Positions 1 through 13,960 of a DNA stretch of 64,000 bases are shown piece after piece. Below the pieces are notes generated by a model. It saw only the letters and a list, made by a program, of their open reading frames with translations. It searched no databases and was not told the origin of the DNA. The first letter of the stretch is position 1. Each line of letters begins with the position of its first letter. This stretch comes from Chiloscyllium plagiosum (lineage: Eukaryota), in the NCBI RefSeq assembly GCF_004010195.1, contig NC_057721.1, positions 49,778,857-49,842,856 of the forward strand, given 5' to 3'. A program made the translations under genes and the position numbers.

Positions 1-236
1 TCACCTTCATCCCCTCCCCCACTCACCTATTGTAGTCTATGCTACTTTCTCCCCACCCCCACCCTCCTCTCACTTATCTCTACACCCTTCAGGCTCTCTG
101 CCTGTATTCCTGATGAATGGCTTTTGCCTGAAACGTCAATTTTACTGCTTCTCGGATGCTGCCTGAACTGCTGTGCTTTTCCAGCACCACTAATCCAGAA
201 TCTGGTTTCCAGCATCTGCAGTCATTGTTTTTACCT
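1..236 (+). mobile_element. Penelope-like element terminal repeat (family A), apparently inserted in or next to a CR1
   Basis: Pyrimidine-rich 5' part, hammerhead motif at 110-137, then ggatgctgcctgaactgctgtgcttttccagcaccactaatccagaatctggtttccagcatctgcagtcattgtttttacct, shared with 26432-26642. Confidence 0.75.
106..141 (+). ncRNA. Minimal hammerhead ribozyme motif; core intact, stems partly decayed
   Basis: attc-CTGATGA-a-tggc-tttt-gcct-GAAA-c-GTC-aatt. Confidence 0.7.
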
Positions 237-2172
237 ATTTGTCAGGTATAGACAGGATAGATCAAGTGAATCCTTAGAAGAGTATAAAGAAAGCAGGAGT
301 ATACTTAAGAGGGAAATCAGGAGGGCAAAAGGGGGACATGAGATAGCTTTGGCAAATAAAATTAAGGAGAATGCAAAGGGTTTTTACAAATACATTAAGG
401 ACAAAAGGGTAACGAGGGAGAGTATAGGGCCCCTCGAAGATCAGCAAGGCGGCTTTTGTGTGGAGTCACAGAAAATGGGGGAGATACTAAATGAGTATTT
501 TGCATCAGTCTTTACTGTGGAAAAGGATACGGAAGATATAGACTGTAGGGAAATAGATGGTGACATCTTGCAAAATGTCCAGATTACAGAGGAGGAAGTG
601 CTGGATGTCTTGAAATGGTTAAAAGTGGATAAATCCCCAGGACCTGATCAGGTGTACCCAAGAACTCTGTGGGAAGCTAGAGAAGTGATTGCTGGGCCTC
701 TTGCTGAGATATTTGTATCATCGATAGTCACAGATGAGGTGCTGGAAGACTGGAGGTTGGCAAACGTGGTGCCACTGTTTAAGAAGGGTGGTAAAGACAA
801 ACCAGGGACTATAGACCAGTGAGCCTGACCTGGGTGGTGGGCAAGTTGGAGGGAATCCTGAGGGACAGGATGTACATGTATTTGGAAAGGCAAGGACTGA
901 TTTGGGATAGTCAACATGGCTTTGTGCGTGGGAAATCACGTCTCACAAACTTGATTGAGTTTTTTGAAGAAGTAACAAAGAAGATTGATGAGGGCAGAGC
1001 AGTAGATGTGATCTACATGGACTTCAGTAAAGCGTTCAACAAGGTTCCCCATGGGAGACTCATTAGCAAGGTTAGATCTCATGGAATACAGGGATAACTA
1101 GCCATTTGGATACAGAACTGGCTCAAAGGAAGAAGACAGGGTGGTGGTAGAGGGTTGTTTTTCAGATTGGAGGCCTGTGACCAGTGGAGTGCCACAAGGA
1201 TCGGTGCTGGGCCCTCTACATTTTGTCATTTACATAAATGATTTGGATGCGAGCATAAGAGGTACAGTTAGTAATTTTGCAGACGACACCAAAATTGGAG
1301 GTGTAGTGGACAGCGAAGAGGTTTACCGCAGATTACAACAGAATCTGGACCAGATGGGCCAAGGGGTTGAGAAGTGACAGATGGAGTTTAATTCAGATAA
1401 ATGCGAGGTACTGCATTTTGGGAAAGCAAATCTTAGCAAACCTTACTTAATGGTAAGGTCCTAGGGAGTGTTACTGACCAAAGAGACCTTGGAGTGCAGG
1501 TTCATAGCTCCTTGAAAATGGAGTCGCAGGTAGATAGGATAGTGAAGAAGGCGTTTGGTAAGCTTTCCTTTATTGGACAGTGTATTGAGTACAGGAGTTG
1601 GGAGGTCATGTTGCGGCTGTACAGGACATTGGTTAGGCCACTGTTGGAATACTGCATGCAATTCTGGTCTCCTTCCTATCGGAAAGATGTTGTGAAACTT
1701 GAAAGGGTTCAGAAAAGATTTACAAGGATGTTGCCAGGGTTGGAGGATCTGCCAGGGGGAGGCTGAACAGGCTGGGGCTGTTTTCCCTGGAGCATCAGAG
1801 ACTGAGGGATGACCTTATAGAGGCGCATGGATAGGATAAATAGACAAACTCTTTTCCCTAGGGTCAGGGAATCCAGAACTAGAGGGCATAGGTTTAGGGT
1901 GAGAGGGGAAAGATATAAAAGAGACCTAAGGGGCAACTTTTTCACACAGAGGGTGGTACATGTATGGAATGAGCTGCCAGAGGATGTGGTGGAGGCTGGT
2001 ACAATTGCAACATTTAAGAGGCATTTGGATGGGTATATGAATAGGAAGGGTTTGGAGGGATATAGTCTGGGTGCTGTCAGGTGGGACTAGATTAGGTTGG
2101 GATATCTGGTCGGCATGGACGGGTTGGACCGAAGGGTCAGTTTTCATGCTGTACATCTCTTTGACTCTATGA
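237..2172 (+). mobile_element. CR1-clade LINE (HER1-like), ORF2 RT region to 3' tail; frameshifted
   Basis: [62 protein letters not shown]; tail ctctttgactctatgact. Confidence 0.95.
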
Positions 2173-3799
2173 CTTTATCTCAATTGTTCACATCAGTTTG
2201 TTGTAACCATATGGCTGTTTAATTAGTCAGCCCACAATGGTAACTATCATTCCAATGCATGTACTAAGAACTTCAACTATAGGGAGGTTGTCTAGCTGTT
2301 GATCCAAGGCAGCAGAATTAACTAAATGTTTTCAAAAGTGTGTGGTTGAGTCTGATCACTGATAGAGGTGCAATGTTATGTCCGAGAATTTGTTTTCTTG
2401 GAAACTGATGGCATATGTGAACGCAACACAGGAACGGCACCTTGAGCCTTGGCAACAGCTCCTGTGTCTGGGCAATGGGTGCAGCTCCATCCACATAGAG
2501 AAATTCTCAGATTGTCACATACTGCATATTTGACTTTGTTTTCAATCTTGATAGATTCAGGAAGTTTCCATCTCATAGGTTTGGATCAGGCAGTAGAACA
2601 GTGAGGGTAGAAAAATAGCAGGGACTACAACATAGCCCTAATTCATTCCATTCTTGATCACAAATCTGTCAGGAGGAAGAGCTAGATAAATGTTGCTGTT
2701 CAGGTTACCAGGGAAGGACCAGCAATTTTCTCTAATATCCAGTTGACCCCTGACCAATTCACGGTGAGATTGATAAAATCAAAATTAAGTGGTCTTTGTT
2801 GTTCTGTTTCTGCCTCTTGAAGCTGACCGAGGTGGTTAAGACTGCTATGGATCTACCTACTCTGGAAACATATTATGCATCAAGTATAATCTCATGGCAA
2901 ATCATTACAGCTTTCTTAGCACAACGTTAGCCAATACTTTTCTGGTGATGCTGAGGAGTGAGATGCTGTGGTAGTTACTCGAATCTCTTCAATTGCCTTT
3001 GTTCTTGTGTAACCAAATGCTTGTGTCACACACATGGTGTGGGTACAGCTTTTTCTCCAGCAGCAGAGGAGGAGGAGATATAGCAGCAGAGAAGCTTTTC
3101 ATATTTGAGCAGCTCAACTGGTAGGCCATCTTTTTCAGAAATGTCCTTTCTGCAATGGGGTCAGTAGCCTGTTTGACAGTCGCATCTAATCCCGCAAACT
3201 TCTCTGGGATAATTAGGGCTGGGCAATCAATACTGACCTATCCAGCAACACTGATATCCCATGGAAGAAGTTAAAAGGATGTAACTTGCTGACATCTGGA
3301 TGGCTATGTTGGCTGCATGAGATTGAAATGTGCTTTCAGTACAGGAGACAGGTTGTAAGTCAGGTGAGCTGCATTTTTACTAGACCGGAATAACTTCTGC
3401 ATGCTTGGTCTTAAAAACCCTGTGAGAATTTCTGACACTCGTCATCTGTTTTACATGGAATATTGAGGTGTGACAAGTCATTGTATTTGGACTTGCATAA
3501 TTTCCTTGGTTGTACCTTGCCCCTGTTAGTGATGAGTGTGTGACCAGTATCACTCTGCACTGTCATAGATATGTAGTTGTGTGGAATGCTGGACAGATCT
3601 CACTGTCTGGTGTTTATCAGGTCAGCTTCATGCCAGTACCCAGAGCCTGTGCTGATCTTGGCCCTGGAAAAAAGTATTAGGAACTCACAGACCACACTGT
3701 GCACAACATTTTGATTGTTGCTGTCTATTTTTTTTTATTTTACCAATACCATGATGACTGACACATATTTGACAAAAAAAAATCCCCTGATCTAACTCC

Positions 3800-4300
3800 T
3801 GCATTAAAGTCCCCTAAGGGAAGTCACCTCTTTTCCATATCGCTGATGTTTTGAGCACTGGATACAAGGTTGCTCCATAAGTGCTCACGAATAGATAGAA
3901 GGTGATCAGGGGTCACAAAAGCATCTCAATCATCAAACTTTTTTTTGACATTGAAACCCACTCCATGTCCACAGGTGTTCAGTGGAACTTTTGTCATGCC
4001 AGTGGATAATTGAGGATATAATGTGCCTCACATATTATTGTTTTGTTGGCTAATCTAGTCTCTTTGAGAACATCAATTTCAATTTGTACTTACGTTGCTC
4101 ATGGTAGATCAGTGCTGTCTTTTCAATTTTGTCTGTTGACTGAAAGTCCTCATTCCAAGGCACACATACGTGCAGCTCCAGTCATCATGCTAGAGGATCT
4201 ACACATCTTATTTGAGGGGTTCCCATTTGCTATCTGCTTGTTGGAATATGATCTAACCCTCAAATAACCATTTGGGAAGGCAGATGTTTGTGGGTTAGTA
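3800..4300 (+). mobile_element. Possible highly decayed L1/Tx1-like RT relic
   Basis: Broken frame STGYKVA.*VLTNR*KVI near 3855-3910 resembles L1-type STDYK..AKVL.NRLK. Weak evidence. Confidence 0.25.
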
Positions 4301-5341
4301 TCATATTGGCTGGTGTTTGACAAATAGAATGCCAATGCTATTATCAGAGACAATCTCCCATACATCAACCAGGCTGGGCTATAAATTACTATCTCAAGTG
4401 TTGTCGTTCAACACCATCCCACCTAGACAAAGTTAAGGATGAAGTGTCCTATTTGTTTTGGCTGCGGAGTCATGGCAGGATCTGGGCAGCATCTGCATCT
4501 CCCTCTTGGCCAAATGGATTAAATCCAGAGCAAGGGCAGAAGCTTTTTCTTCTTGAACCCATTCCATTGTAAGGAGGTGCGTGTTTGAATCAATCACTAG
4601 CTGTCTGTATGATTCCACTCCAGTGGTTCTGACTTTTCTGAGGCAGGTGCACAAGGCAGTGGCTACTATTGGTCCCATAGTTCAGACTTATCGAGGGACA
4701 TCAGGGGTATCCACCTGCTGCAGGGACTTCACACCTAACTTCTGGGGACCAAGGTTCCTAAAAGATCCTTTGCAGGTCAACCTCAGGCCAAATGATGACT
4801 AGATGAAATGTAGGCACTTCGCAAACAGGCACTTTGCCGTTCTTGGTGATGCAGAGGCAATGTACTGACAAGACAGAACTTCCACAGTTGGTCTTCCCAG
4901 TAAGTTAGATAGTGTCAATGGATCAATCAATCAATTAATCAACACATAACAGCACACAGTGCAAATCTCTGACTTTCGGAGATCCCAATGATCATCTGAA
5001 AAGCAAGGATTGGAATAACTTCTAACGCCAGTCTTCTGACAAAAGCTTTTCTGCAGGAGATTTAAGTGATCTGGCGAATATTTTGACTATCAGGTTTGAC
5101 ACAACATTAGTATTAGAAGTCAACATCTTACAGTCTTGGGTCACTTTGAAAACATACCTTAAGATTTATTTAACTTTCTCAGCTGACTACTTCAGTCTTT
5201 TATTAATTTAAAATAATCAACAGAGTAACATGATACTAAGGATAATATTTGGATGGTTAACATGATGATCTGAACCTCTGAGAAAATAGATTATATTTGA
5301 GATATTTGTCAGAGTAATCAGAGCTTCTATTATTTTTGCAG

Positions 5342-5431
5342 CCCTTGCAGAAGAGAGATCAAGACCCATATTCCCAACTTGGCTTTAACAAAAGGAACCA
5401 GGACACAGAGGCTGGATTTGGAACAAAACAT
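5342..5431 (+). CDS. CD247: CD247 (CD3 zeta) exon, homologous to human exon 4; second half of ITAM1
   Basis: tatttttgcag acceptor; 90 nt, phase 0; PLQKRDQDPYSQLGFNKRNQDTEAGFGTKH. The L-x7-YSQL spacing matches human ELNLGRREEYDVL. Donor cat|gtattt is weak, so the 3' boundary is less certain. Confidence 0.8.
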
Positions 5432-6499
5432 GTATTTTGCTTTTATTTATATTTTAACAAATAAGAATCAATTCCAAAGGCAGACAAAGGACTATTTTAT
5501 AACAGGAAATTCAGAATGAATCTTCTAAATGTTGAGGTTGCAATTTCTGGGATGCTTAGGCTAAAATCTGCAATTGTTATTTACATAAGACTATGGCAGT
5601 ACTGCAGACGTCTGGTGGTGCTGTTCCTTCCCCCGAACTTGAACCCCAGGCTGGAGTCCCACCCCAGGACTTGATGGCCACAAAGTGTTATAACATGATC
5701 AAACAGGTTGTGTATCTGTCTGAAAATCCTTCTCACTCAAGTTAACGGCAAGCAGTAAGAGCAAGAAACATTTCTGCCAGGTGATGGAAAGGAATTTAAG
5801 TACCTCTACCCATCACTGTCCATAGATCCAGACTACAACCTATGTTTCAAAATGAACTGTAACACCATCACCACCATAAACAGTACTAATTGGGAGACAG
5901 GAGAGCATGAGTGTACAACGTTCTGCAAGTGAAATTCCTACATTACATTGCACAGCTAGTTATTTAGTGAGTTGTAACGGTTCAATATTTTCAAAATAAC
6001 TCAAGTGCATTATTTCCATGAACTTGCAAAATGTTATTGGAAAATATTTATTTTCGCTTTTTATGGCCGTATAGCGGTGTTTCTTTAAAGGGGCCCATGA
6101 GCTGAGAATGCGTGTGTATCTGGAACCCTCTTCTCATTCACAAGTGATTCAGTTTAAAAACAACAGTAGTAAATCTTTACATTTAAACAAAATAAAGGTT
6201 ACTTTATTGCAAAACTGCTACTAAGTAGGATGGATAAAATAATTAACTTTACGTAAAACAAAGACTAGAAGCATGCAAGGATCAAAAGATACTTATGAAG
6301 TTGCAAGTAAGATACAACCTACAATCATATTCAACCAAAAATAGCAAATTGGGATTCTGATGCACACAATGAAATGTTTACCAGTTGAAACAAGTCCAGG
6401 AAGTTGAAAGCCTCATTTGATGCATGAAAAAGATTAACTTTTGTTTTAAAACAGGATGCTATTAAATTATCATCATTCATTGTTCTTTTTCTCTAACAG

Positions 6500-6532
6500 A
6501 GAGAAGGTGCTGCTTATAATGACACCTATTCC
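6500..6532 (+). CDS. CD247: CD247 exon (human exon 5 equivalent); first Tyr of ITAM2
   Basis: ttctttttctctaacag acceptor, gtaagt donor; 33 nt, phase 0; REGAAYNDTYS (human RRKNPQEGLYN). Confidence 0.88.
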
Positions 6533-6574
6533 GTAAGTACTATACGGCTTTAAGAAATTAGCCATGATTATCCA

Positions 6575-8225
6575 ATTAGCCAGAGGAAATGGGTGAGATC
6601 CTTAATGAGTACTTTACATCAGTATTCACTAAAGAGATGGAAGTGAGGAATGTTGAAGTTAGGAAAAGATGTGTTAATACTCTTGAGCAGGTCAACATAA
6701 GGAAGGAAGATGTGTTGGATGTCTTGAAATGCATTAAGGTAGGCAAATTCCCAGGGCAAGATTGGATCTATCCCTGGATACTGTGGGAGGCAAGGAAGGA
6801 AAGTTAACCTGGGCTTTAACAGATAGCTTTGCATCCTCTTTCAGCTCAGGCACAGTTGGAGGACTGGAGAATGGTTAATGTTCCTTTGTTTAAGAAGGAA
6901 AACAGAAATAATCCAGATAATTACAGGCCAGTGAGTCTGATGTCAGTGGTGGGAAAGCTGTTGGAGAAGGTACTGAGACAGGATTTATTCACATTTGGTA
7001 GTGAAAGGACTTGTTAATGATTGGCAGCAGGGGTTTATGTGGGGAAGATCATGTCTCACCAACATGGTTGAGTTTGTTTGGAGAAGGGAAAGGTAGTGGA
7101 TGTTGTCTACACGGACTTAGTAAGGCATTTGCTAAGGCTAGTACAGAAGGTAGAGTCTCATGGGTTGCAGGTTGTGCTGGCTAGATGGATACAGTATTGG
7201 CTTGGGCATAGAAGACAGAGAGTAGCAGTGAAGGGAGCTTTCAGAATGGATATCAGTAACTAGTAGTGTTCCGCAGGGATCAGTGTTAGGACCTTTGTTG
7301 TTCATAATATATAAAGAACTGGAGAAAAATGTAGTGGGCTGATTAGTAAGTTTGCAGATGACACCAAAATTGGAGAAGTTGCAGATAGTGAGGAGGATTG
7401 TCAGAAGATACAGCAGGATTTGGATAGATTGCAGATTTGGATGGAGAAATAGCAGATGGAGTTTAGTCCCGACAAATGTGAGGTGATGCATTTTGTACGA
7501 GCAAATTCAGATGTGAATTATACAATAAATGGCAGAACCCTCAGAAGCATTGACATAGAGAGGGATCTAGGTATAAGGTCCAGAGATCCCTGGAAGTAGC
7601 AACACAAGTGGGTAAGGTGGTCCAGAAGGCTTGCCTTCATCAGCCAGGATATCGAATATAAAAGTTGACAAGTTATGATACAGTCGTATAAAACACATTT
7701 GGAATATTGCATGTAGTTCTGGTTCCAACACTACCAGAAGGATGTGGATGCTTTGGAGAGGGTGCAGAGAAGGTTTACCAGGATGTTGCCCGGTCTGGAA
7801 AGTTTTAGTTATGGGGAGAGGTTGGGAATCTCGGATTCTTTTCACTAGAAAGGTGTAAGGGGCAACCTGGTAAAGGTCTACAAAATTATGAGAGACACAG
7901 ATAGGGTGGGTATTTCCCAGGGTGGAAGGGTCAACTACAAGAGGGCACAGGTTCAAGGTGAGAGGGGCAAGTTTAGGGAGAATTGCAGGGTAAATGTTTC
8001 AGCCAGAGAGTGGAGGGTATTAGAATACATTGCCAGTGGACATGATGGAAGCAGGCACATTAGCAATGTTTGAGGCGGATCTTGCTAGACACATGAACAG
8101 GAAATGAACAGAGGGATAGAAACCATGCAGGGGCAATAAGTAGTGAGCCTAAATGAGGATTAGGGATTGGCACAGGCTTGGTAAGCCAAGATTCCTGTGC
8201 TGTATTGTATCGTATATTGTGTAAC
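6575..8225 (+). mobile_element. CR1 LINE fragment (older, degenerate)
   Basis: MGEILNEYFTSVFT, NYRPVSL, tttgcagatgacacc (FADDT), CR1-type 3' end. Confidence 0.9.
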
Positions 8226-9489
8226 TGTTCTACCGTTATTTTCTGTTCCCCCTGTTGAGGAATGATTATAACTTATATTTTTAAAACATAACTGTACTTC
8301 GCTGGCACAAAGTCTTCAGATACAACTGAATCATCTGCTACGGAATTTGATAGACTTCTAATGACCATGTGCTGCTGAATTGTAAATAATGAGAAACAGC
8401 AACATCTTCTATCCATGGATTGTATACACATGATCCCATGTAATGGCAGATATGTTTACAATTTGATTAAATGGAGTATGGTTTGACTTTGATATAAAAA
8501 CTATTAACCACCATATAGGCCCCTGAGGTGAGTGCAGATATTGCACCTTGAAGAACTTACCCCAATGTCATTCTGATAATTATAGGGTAAGACAGAGGCC
8601 ATGAGTAATGCATTTGTCCTACTGAATTTATTGTCAATGTTTTTCAGCCAACAATCAGTCAGATTGAGAGGTTGCTTAGCTCATGGATAGGAAGGCACGT
8701 GTGGGAAGCGTAGTAACATTGGGAGAGTGAAGAAGATTTATGGATTTGTAATGGGGAAAGATGATCTTAAGAGCTTATGGTTTGAGGAAATTGTGAGGAA
8801 AAGGTTATGGACGGGTTGAAGAGACCATGTGGCGTGGAGAGATCCAATGATGGTTGATGAGAGTACAGAGTGTGGGTGATTGTGGGGTGATTAGGTTGGG
8901 TTGCTTTCCACGATATACTCAAGTGCTGGAGAGATATTTATCTCTGGATCTGTTAATTCACTTGTCTCTTCAGCTGCAGGATTCTGGGAAATTCAACCAG
9001 CAGCTATTAAATGTATAATTGTTGAAATTGAAGTGTTGAATCTGATGAGTTGATCTGAATAAATGAACTTCTCATGCGAGGTTAATGCTGGTGTCCCAGA
9101 CCCTTTGCCATTGAACTTGGATGTGGGTTGATTTGAGGCAGGATAGAATTGGGTAGATGTTTGAACATTTAACTAAAGCCTTCCATCCAACCTGCTCAAA
9201 AAAACCTCTTAATTCTATTGACACTTGTAGCAATATTCCTTATTAACTTTTAGTCAGTCAGTTATCTGCAGCATCTAGGAAGTGTCATGGACGAATGCAG
9301 CATAAACCAATGCTTGTGACTTGTGACCATATTAGAGGGAGGTGCTGAATAAAGTTCTGTGGAACAAAACCCAGCTTGCATCTCCTTTGCACATCCTTTA
9401 ATAACTAAATAGAAAACCATAATGACTGGTGCATTCATTTGTAATTAAACAGCATTTCAACTGAAGATCAAAATTTATTTTGATTTCAG

Positions 9490-9546
9490 AAACTGAATCC
9501 TAAGAACAGAAGTGAGCCTTACGGTGAAATCAAACCAACTCAGCAG
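9490..9546 (+). CDS. CD247: CD247 exon (human exon 6 equivalent); completes ITAM2
   Basis: tttttgatttcag acceptor, cag|gtatga donor; 57 nt; KLNPKNRSEPYGEIKPTQQ (human ELQKDKMAEAYSEIGMKGE, also 19 aa). Spliced ITAM2 = YSKL-x8-YGEI. Confidence 0.92.
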
Positions 9547-10219
9547 GTATGATATGAGCGTACTGATCCTATCCACAGATTACTGTAAATTCTGTAAATA
9601 ATCATGTCCCGTTATAAATGTATACTTTTACTTGTGTTACACATAAAATACTCAATCGATTGTTCAGTACTGTAAAAGTTAGTGTAATCAGGTCTGATAG
9701 TGCATATCTTGCTTTGGGTATATGTTACAAACTGTGTCAGCTGAACAAAAGTGCTAGATTTGGAAGGAATGAATTATTTTAGTGTCAAAGGTGGCAGTTT
9801 TAATTTGTCTGGTAACTGAATAAAAATTGCAAATCTGAATGATCTACATCTCCAGTACAAATGCTACACAGATCATTGTCTCCTGTGCAGGTAGTGTTCA
9901 GGGTTTATACACATACATACCCCCTTATTACATGTATGTACAATCTGCAGAGTAATCCAAATTAGAAACACCCTGGAGTTACACTGTGGAATGCCAGCTC
10001 AATAAGATAATTATATTATCCAAAGACTTTGCCTGTCCCTCACTCTGACTATTTGGTATATGCTCACAGCATGCAATGTGTTGCTTACAGGGAAGGACTT
10101 GGAAAACCTATCGTTAAATGTGTTCGCATGAAATTTAGCACAGACAGTTAGCGAAGTACCTAAAAATATATGTATTAGGGATGAATGAATTAATCAACAT
10201 ATATGTTTTTCTTCCCCAG

Positions 10220-10258
10220 CCGAAGCGAAGAGGCAAGGGAGGGAATGACATTTACCAG
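10220..10258 (+). CDS. CD247: CD247 exon (human exon 7 equivalent); basic stretch and first Tyr of ITAM3
   Basis: tttttcttccccag acceptor, cag|gtaaga donor; 39 nt; PKRRGKGGNDIYQ (human RRRGKGHDGLYQ). Confidence 0.95.
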
Positions 10259-11349
10259 GTAAGAAAGTAATGACTGGAGTTACTATTTTTTAAAGATGAG
10301 TTATGAGTGACGTAAACCAGTAAGCCTCCCTTCCATCTTCTATTATATATCGACTTGTCCTAACTTGTATCGTCCCGTTCACCCAGAATCCAGGTGCTTT
10401 CTGACTGATACATGCTCTAAGTTGAACTACACTTCAATCATAAAATTCTAATCCTCATTTCAAATTTCTCCTTAGCCTCGCAACTCCCAAGCTCTTTAAC
10501 CTCATACAGCTTTACAATTTCCAGAAGCTTTTGTATCCCTGTCCTGCCTTTAATTACTGAGTCCCTAAATTTTGGAAACTCATAGACCTCTGCAAATTTG
10601 CTCTTTAAGAGCTCTTCAAACCAATATTTAGGTAATCTGAATAAACGGCCTGGATGTCTGAAGACCAGACAGTCGTTGGAGCAGTATAGATTGAAATTGT
10701 ACTTCAAAATGATATGGAGTCTCTGATGCAATTAATTGTGGGAAATTGAAACTTTCGATGGACAATTCCCCTGCATCTGAAACCCTCTGAAAAAGCCCCT
10801 TAATATCAGAGACTTGAGGATTCTGACTCATTAAACTGAATGTTTCGCAAGGAAAGGTTAAAGGATTCAAATCCTACCCCTGAGTAACTATTAAACTGAG
10901 TCACTGTCTCACAACCCCCTGAGTTAGCCTAACAACAACCCCCCCCATCCCGTCCACCACCACCACTGCCAGGAATAACACTGACCCCTCCTGCCCTAAC
11001 CAGTACTTTGAGCTATCCTAAGCACTTATCCACTTTCCTGGCATCCTACCAACCTGGCTTCCAGCTCTGATTAGAAATTCATGGCCAATAGCTCTTTAAA
11101 TGATGTGCCAAATTCTAGTTGATAATGTTCCAGTGAAGTTCCTGAGAATATTTGACTATGTTAAAGGCAGTATACCACTCCAACGTTTTGCTGTTACAGA
11201 CAGCACATACAATTCACATACACAAATTCTGGCAAATGTTTCCACTTTTGTAAAGGATGGGTCATCTAGAAGCCTTTAATGGAAATCTGTTTGGCTAGGC
11301 CATTTAGTCCCCAACAGTTCTTTCACTTTTTTGAGAAATATGGCCGTAC

Positions 11350-13960
11350 TTTGGGTTAACTCTTTTCTTATTTTCCATGGTACTGTTGGCTAACAAAATT
11401 TTAAAACTAAGGTTGATAGATGTAACAATAAATTCAGCACCAACTGCCATTGCAGAAGAGTTTCAAATTTCTACCACCCTTTATATGTTGGAGCCAACTC
11501 CTAATTTCACCCCTGCGAAGTACAGCCCTAATCTCTAGATAATGTGCCCTTGAACTAGACATTCAACTAGCAGCTACCCGGTCGGTCCCTTCACATCTGG
11601 GAACCTTTTCTTTATTCTTTCACGGGATGTAGATGTCATTGGCAACACCATCAGTTCTTGTCCATCTTGATCTTAAAGAGAGGTGCTTGTTATTTCAGGG
11701 GTTAGTTGAGAATCAAACACATTACTGTGGGTCTGCAGTCACATGTAGGCCAGACCAGGTAAGGCTGACAGATGTACCTCCCTGAAAGACATTAGTGAAC
11801 CAGATGGGGTTTTACAACAATTGAAAGTTTCATGGTCACCATTGCTGAGACTAGGTTTCAATCCCAGATAAATTAACTTAATTTAAATTCCAGCAGCTTC
11901 CATAGTGGGATTTGAACCCTTGACCACAGAATCTGGGCCCTTGGAGTTATGAGTTCAGTGACATTACCACTACCCCATCATCTAACCAAGCATGAGATTC
12001 GATCGGCTTCAATTGTAGCCACATTTCTATGAGGCATTTTATCAAATTGCTTCTGGAAGCAAAGTAACTAAAAATCTTAGAAATTCTCCTGTTTATTAAT
12101 GTGGTCACCCCTTCATAACTTTTATTCAGATTCATCAGGCATCTCCTACTGTTTCAGTCCAGGCTGATTCTCTCTGGTCAGCTGAAAATTTCGAAGAGGT
12201 CAGATTTTAGACAACTGGTTTTTTACTGCCTCGTTTCTTAAGGACTGACACAATTTTCAATCTAAATTCACAGTTTCCAAATTGACTGAACTTTGGTAAT
12301 GTTAGGACACCTGCAATTTTCACCTTTATTTGAAACTCTTTGATATAATCATCTGGTGCTGACATCTGTGACTTTTAAAGTGTCATTATAGTCTTCAATA
12401 TTGCTATTTTACTTAGTTTTTAAATCACTGATTCAAACTTATCTTCCTTTAATATCTGTAGATTCAACTGTTTTTCCACTGTCAGTTCTGATGATACAAA
12501 TAAATTATTCAGTTTGTTCACCATTTCACTGACAATATCACTGTTATCACTTTCCAAGGGATCCATATTGCTAGCAACCATTTTCTTTTTCCTGATGATT
12601 GAACATTTTTGTGTTGAACTTGGATATCCATTGCATTTTTTTCATACCCGCTTTCTGTAGCTGTATACATTTTGTCATCCTTTGCACCTTTCCGATTGAC
12701 CAGGCTTTTGTTTTGCAGTTTTAAGTGCTTTTTCTTTTAGTTTTATGTTGTCTCTTACTGCTGTAGTTTTGTGTGTTTCCCCAAGCTTTAGTGCATCCTG
12801 TGGCATGTAGTCCTGGACTTTGGAATATGCCAGTCTGCAACACTCAGTCAGGGTCTACTTTTTCAGCTGGAAGACCAACAAGTTTCAGGCAGACAACGAC
12901 TGTCTTTCATTGAGTTGATCGTCTTCCAGGCAAAGTCAGTGTTTGTCTCAGTGTGCGTCCCAAGAAACAGACTATACAGCACCGAGTCCTGATTCACAGA
13001 GCTGCTCAGGACAAACACTGCATCTTTCTCTAGACTTCCTTTGCTTAGGCACATTTCAGAAGGAGATGTGTGACAGTCTTTAGGCCCTGTAACCACTTCA
13101 AGGGCAGCATGCAGTGGCGCAGAGAGTCTGGGCATGCATAAAGGATCTCACCACCAGTCAAGTGATTTCTTGGTGCTTGTTGAAAAGTTCTGGCAAATGA
13201 TTTTCACTGTCTGCTCAGGGAACCACATGACAGGATCCACCCTCTCCTTTTCCTGCTGGGTCTCAAGGACACTATGTGCTGACCACTTCCTGATGTACTT
13301 TTGGTCAAAAGTGCTTTTCCACCCGAGTACTGGTGTCAATGGTGAATAAAATGGAACTTGCCTTTCTCACATTACTCTTAGTGATCTGTTCACCTTCTTA
13401 ACTTGTTTGTCCTTATGCCAATTTGTATGTGGATCAGGTAATAACTCAGAGTTTTCTGTTCTCAAAATCCTGTTCTTTAATTTAGTTCCCACTTTCTGGC
13501 ATCCTTGACATTTGGTTAACATTTCAGGCATTCTGCCATCTTTAAATGTAACAAATACATCAATGTTGTTGGACAGGATTAGTTTCTATGATTCCTCACC
13601 CTCTGAAGGTGCCCTTCCCCCATTACACAGCATATTATTGTTATAGCAACTCTATTCAAAACCTGCACCTCTCCAAGAGATATGTCTGAAGTCTGGAGTA
13701 AACTGCCTAGATACTGCTTCCCTTCCTTATGCCAACTTGCAGTGCAGTCCAATAATTCATAAGCTAGAGATTCGAGATGGAGACATTTATCATAGGTGTG
13801 TTCACTTTTTAGTATTGCTATCCACAAAAGTCTACACATCATCGTCCAGCCACACAATCTGCTTAACCAATCCTTGGTCTGTTATTTATGTCCACTTTAC
13901 AGTTTGTTACATCTGTTCATTAACACGTTTTAAGTCCTCAACTTGGTCAAAATCTTGAAA
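11350..13960 (-). mobile_element. Old CR1 relic interrupted by a tRNA-type SINE (~11610-11980) and a Tx1 fragment
   Basis: CR1-like 3' sequence near 11400-11560 and endonuclease-region-like sequence near 13560-13950. The SINE shows gggatttgaaccc (B box on the minus strand). Confidence 0.5.
12778..13320 (-). mobile_element. Tx1/L1-clade LINE ORF2 C-terminal fragment
   Basis: FDQKYIRKWSA..VLE..EKERVDPVMWFPEQTVKII; SSSVNQDSVLYSLFLGTHTETN..WKTINSMKD; TECCRLAYSKVQDY..DALKLG. These recall fish Tx1-type ORF2 C-termini. Confidence 0.75.

Noticed and set aside
124-822. 232-aa ORF, the longest in the track
   Set aside because: Chance read-through from a Penelope terminal repeat into a broken CR1 ORF2; not a gene.
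4335-4365. Minus-strand EIVSDN resembling a Gypsy integrase core
   Set aside because: Isolated short match with no flanking integrase motifs.
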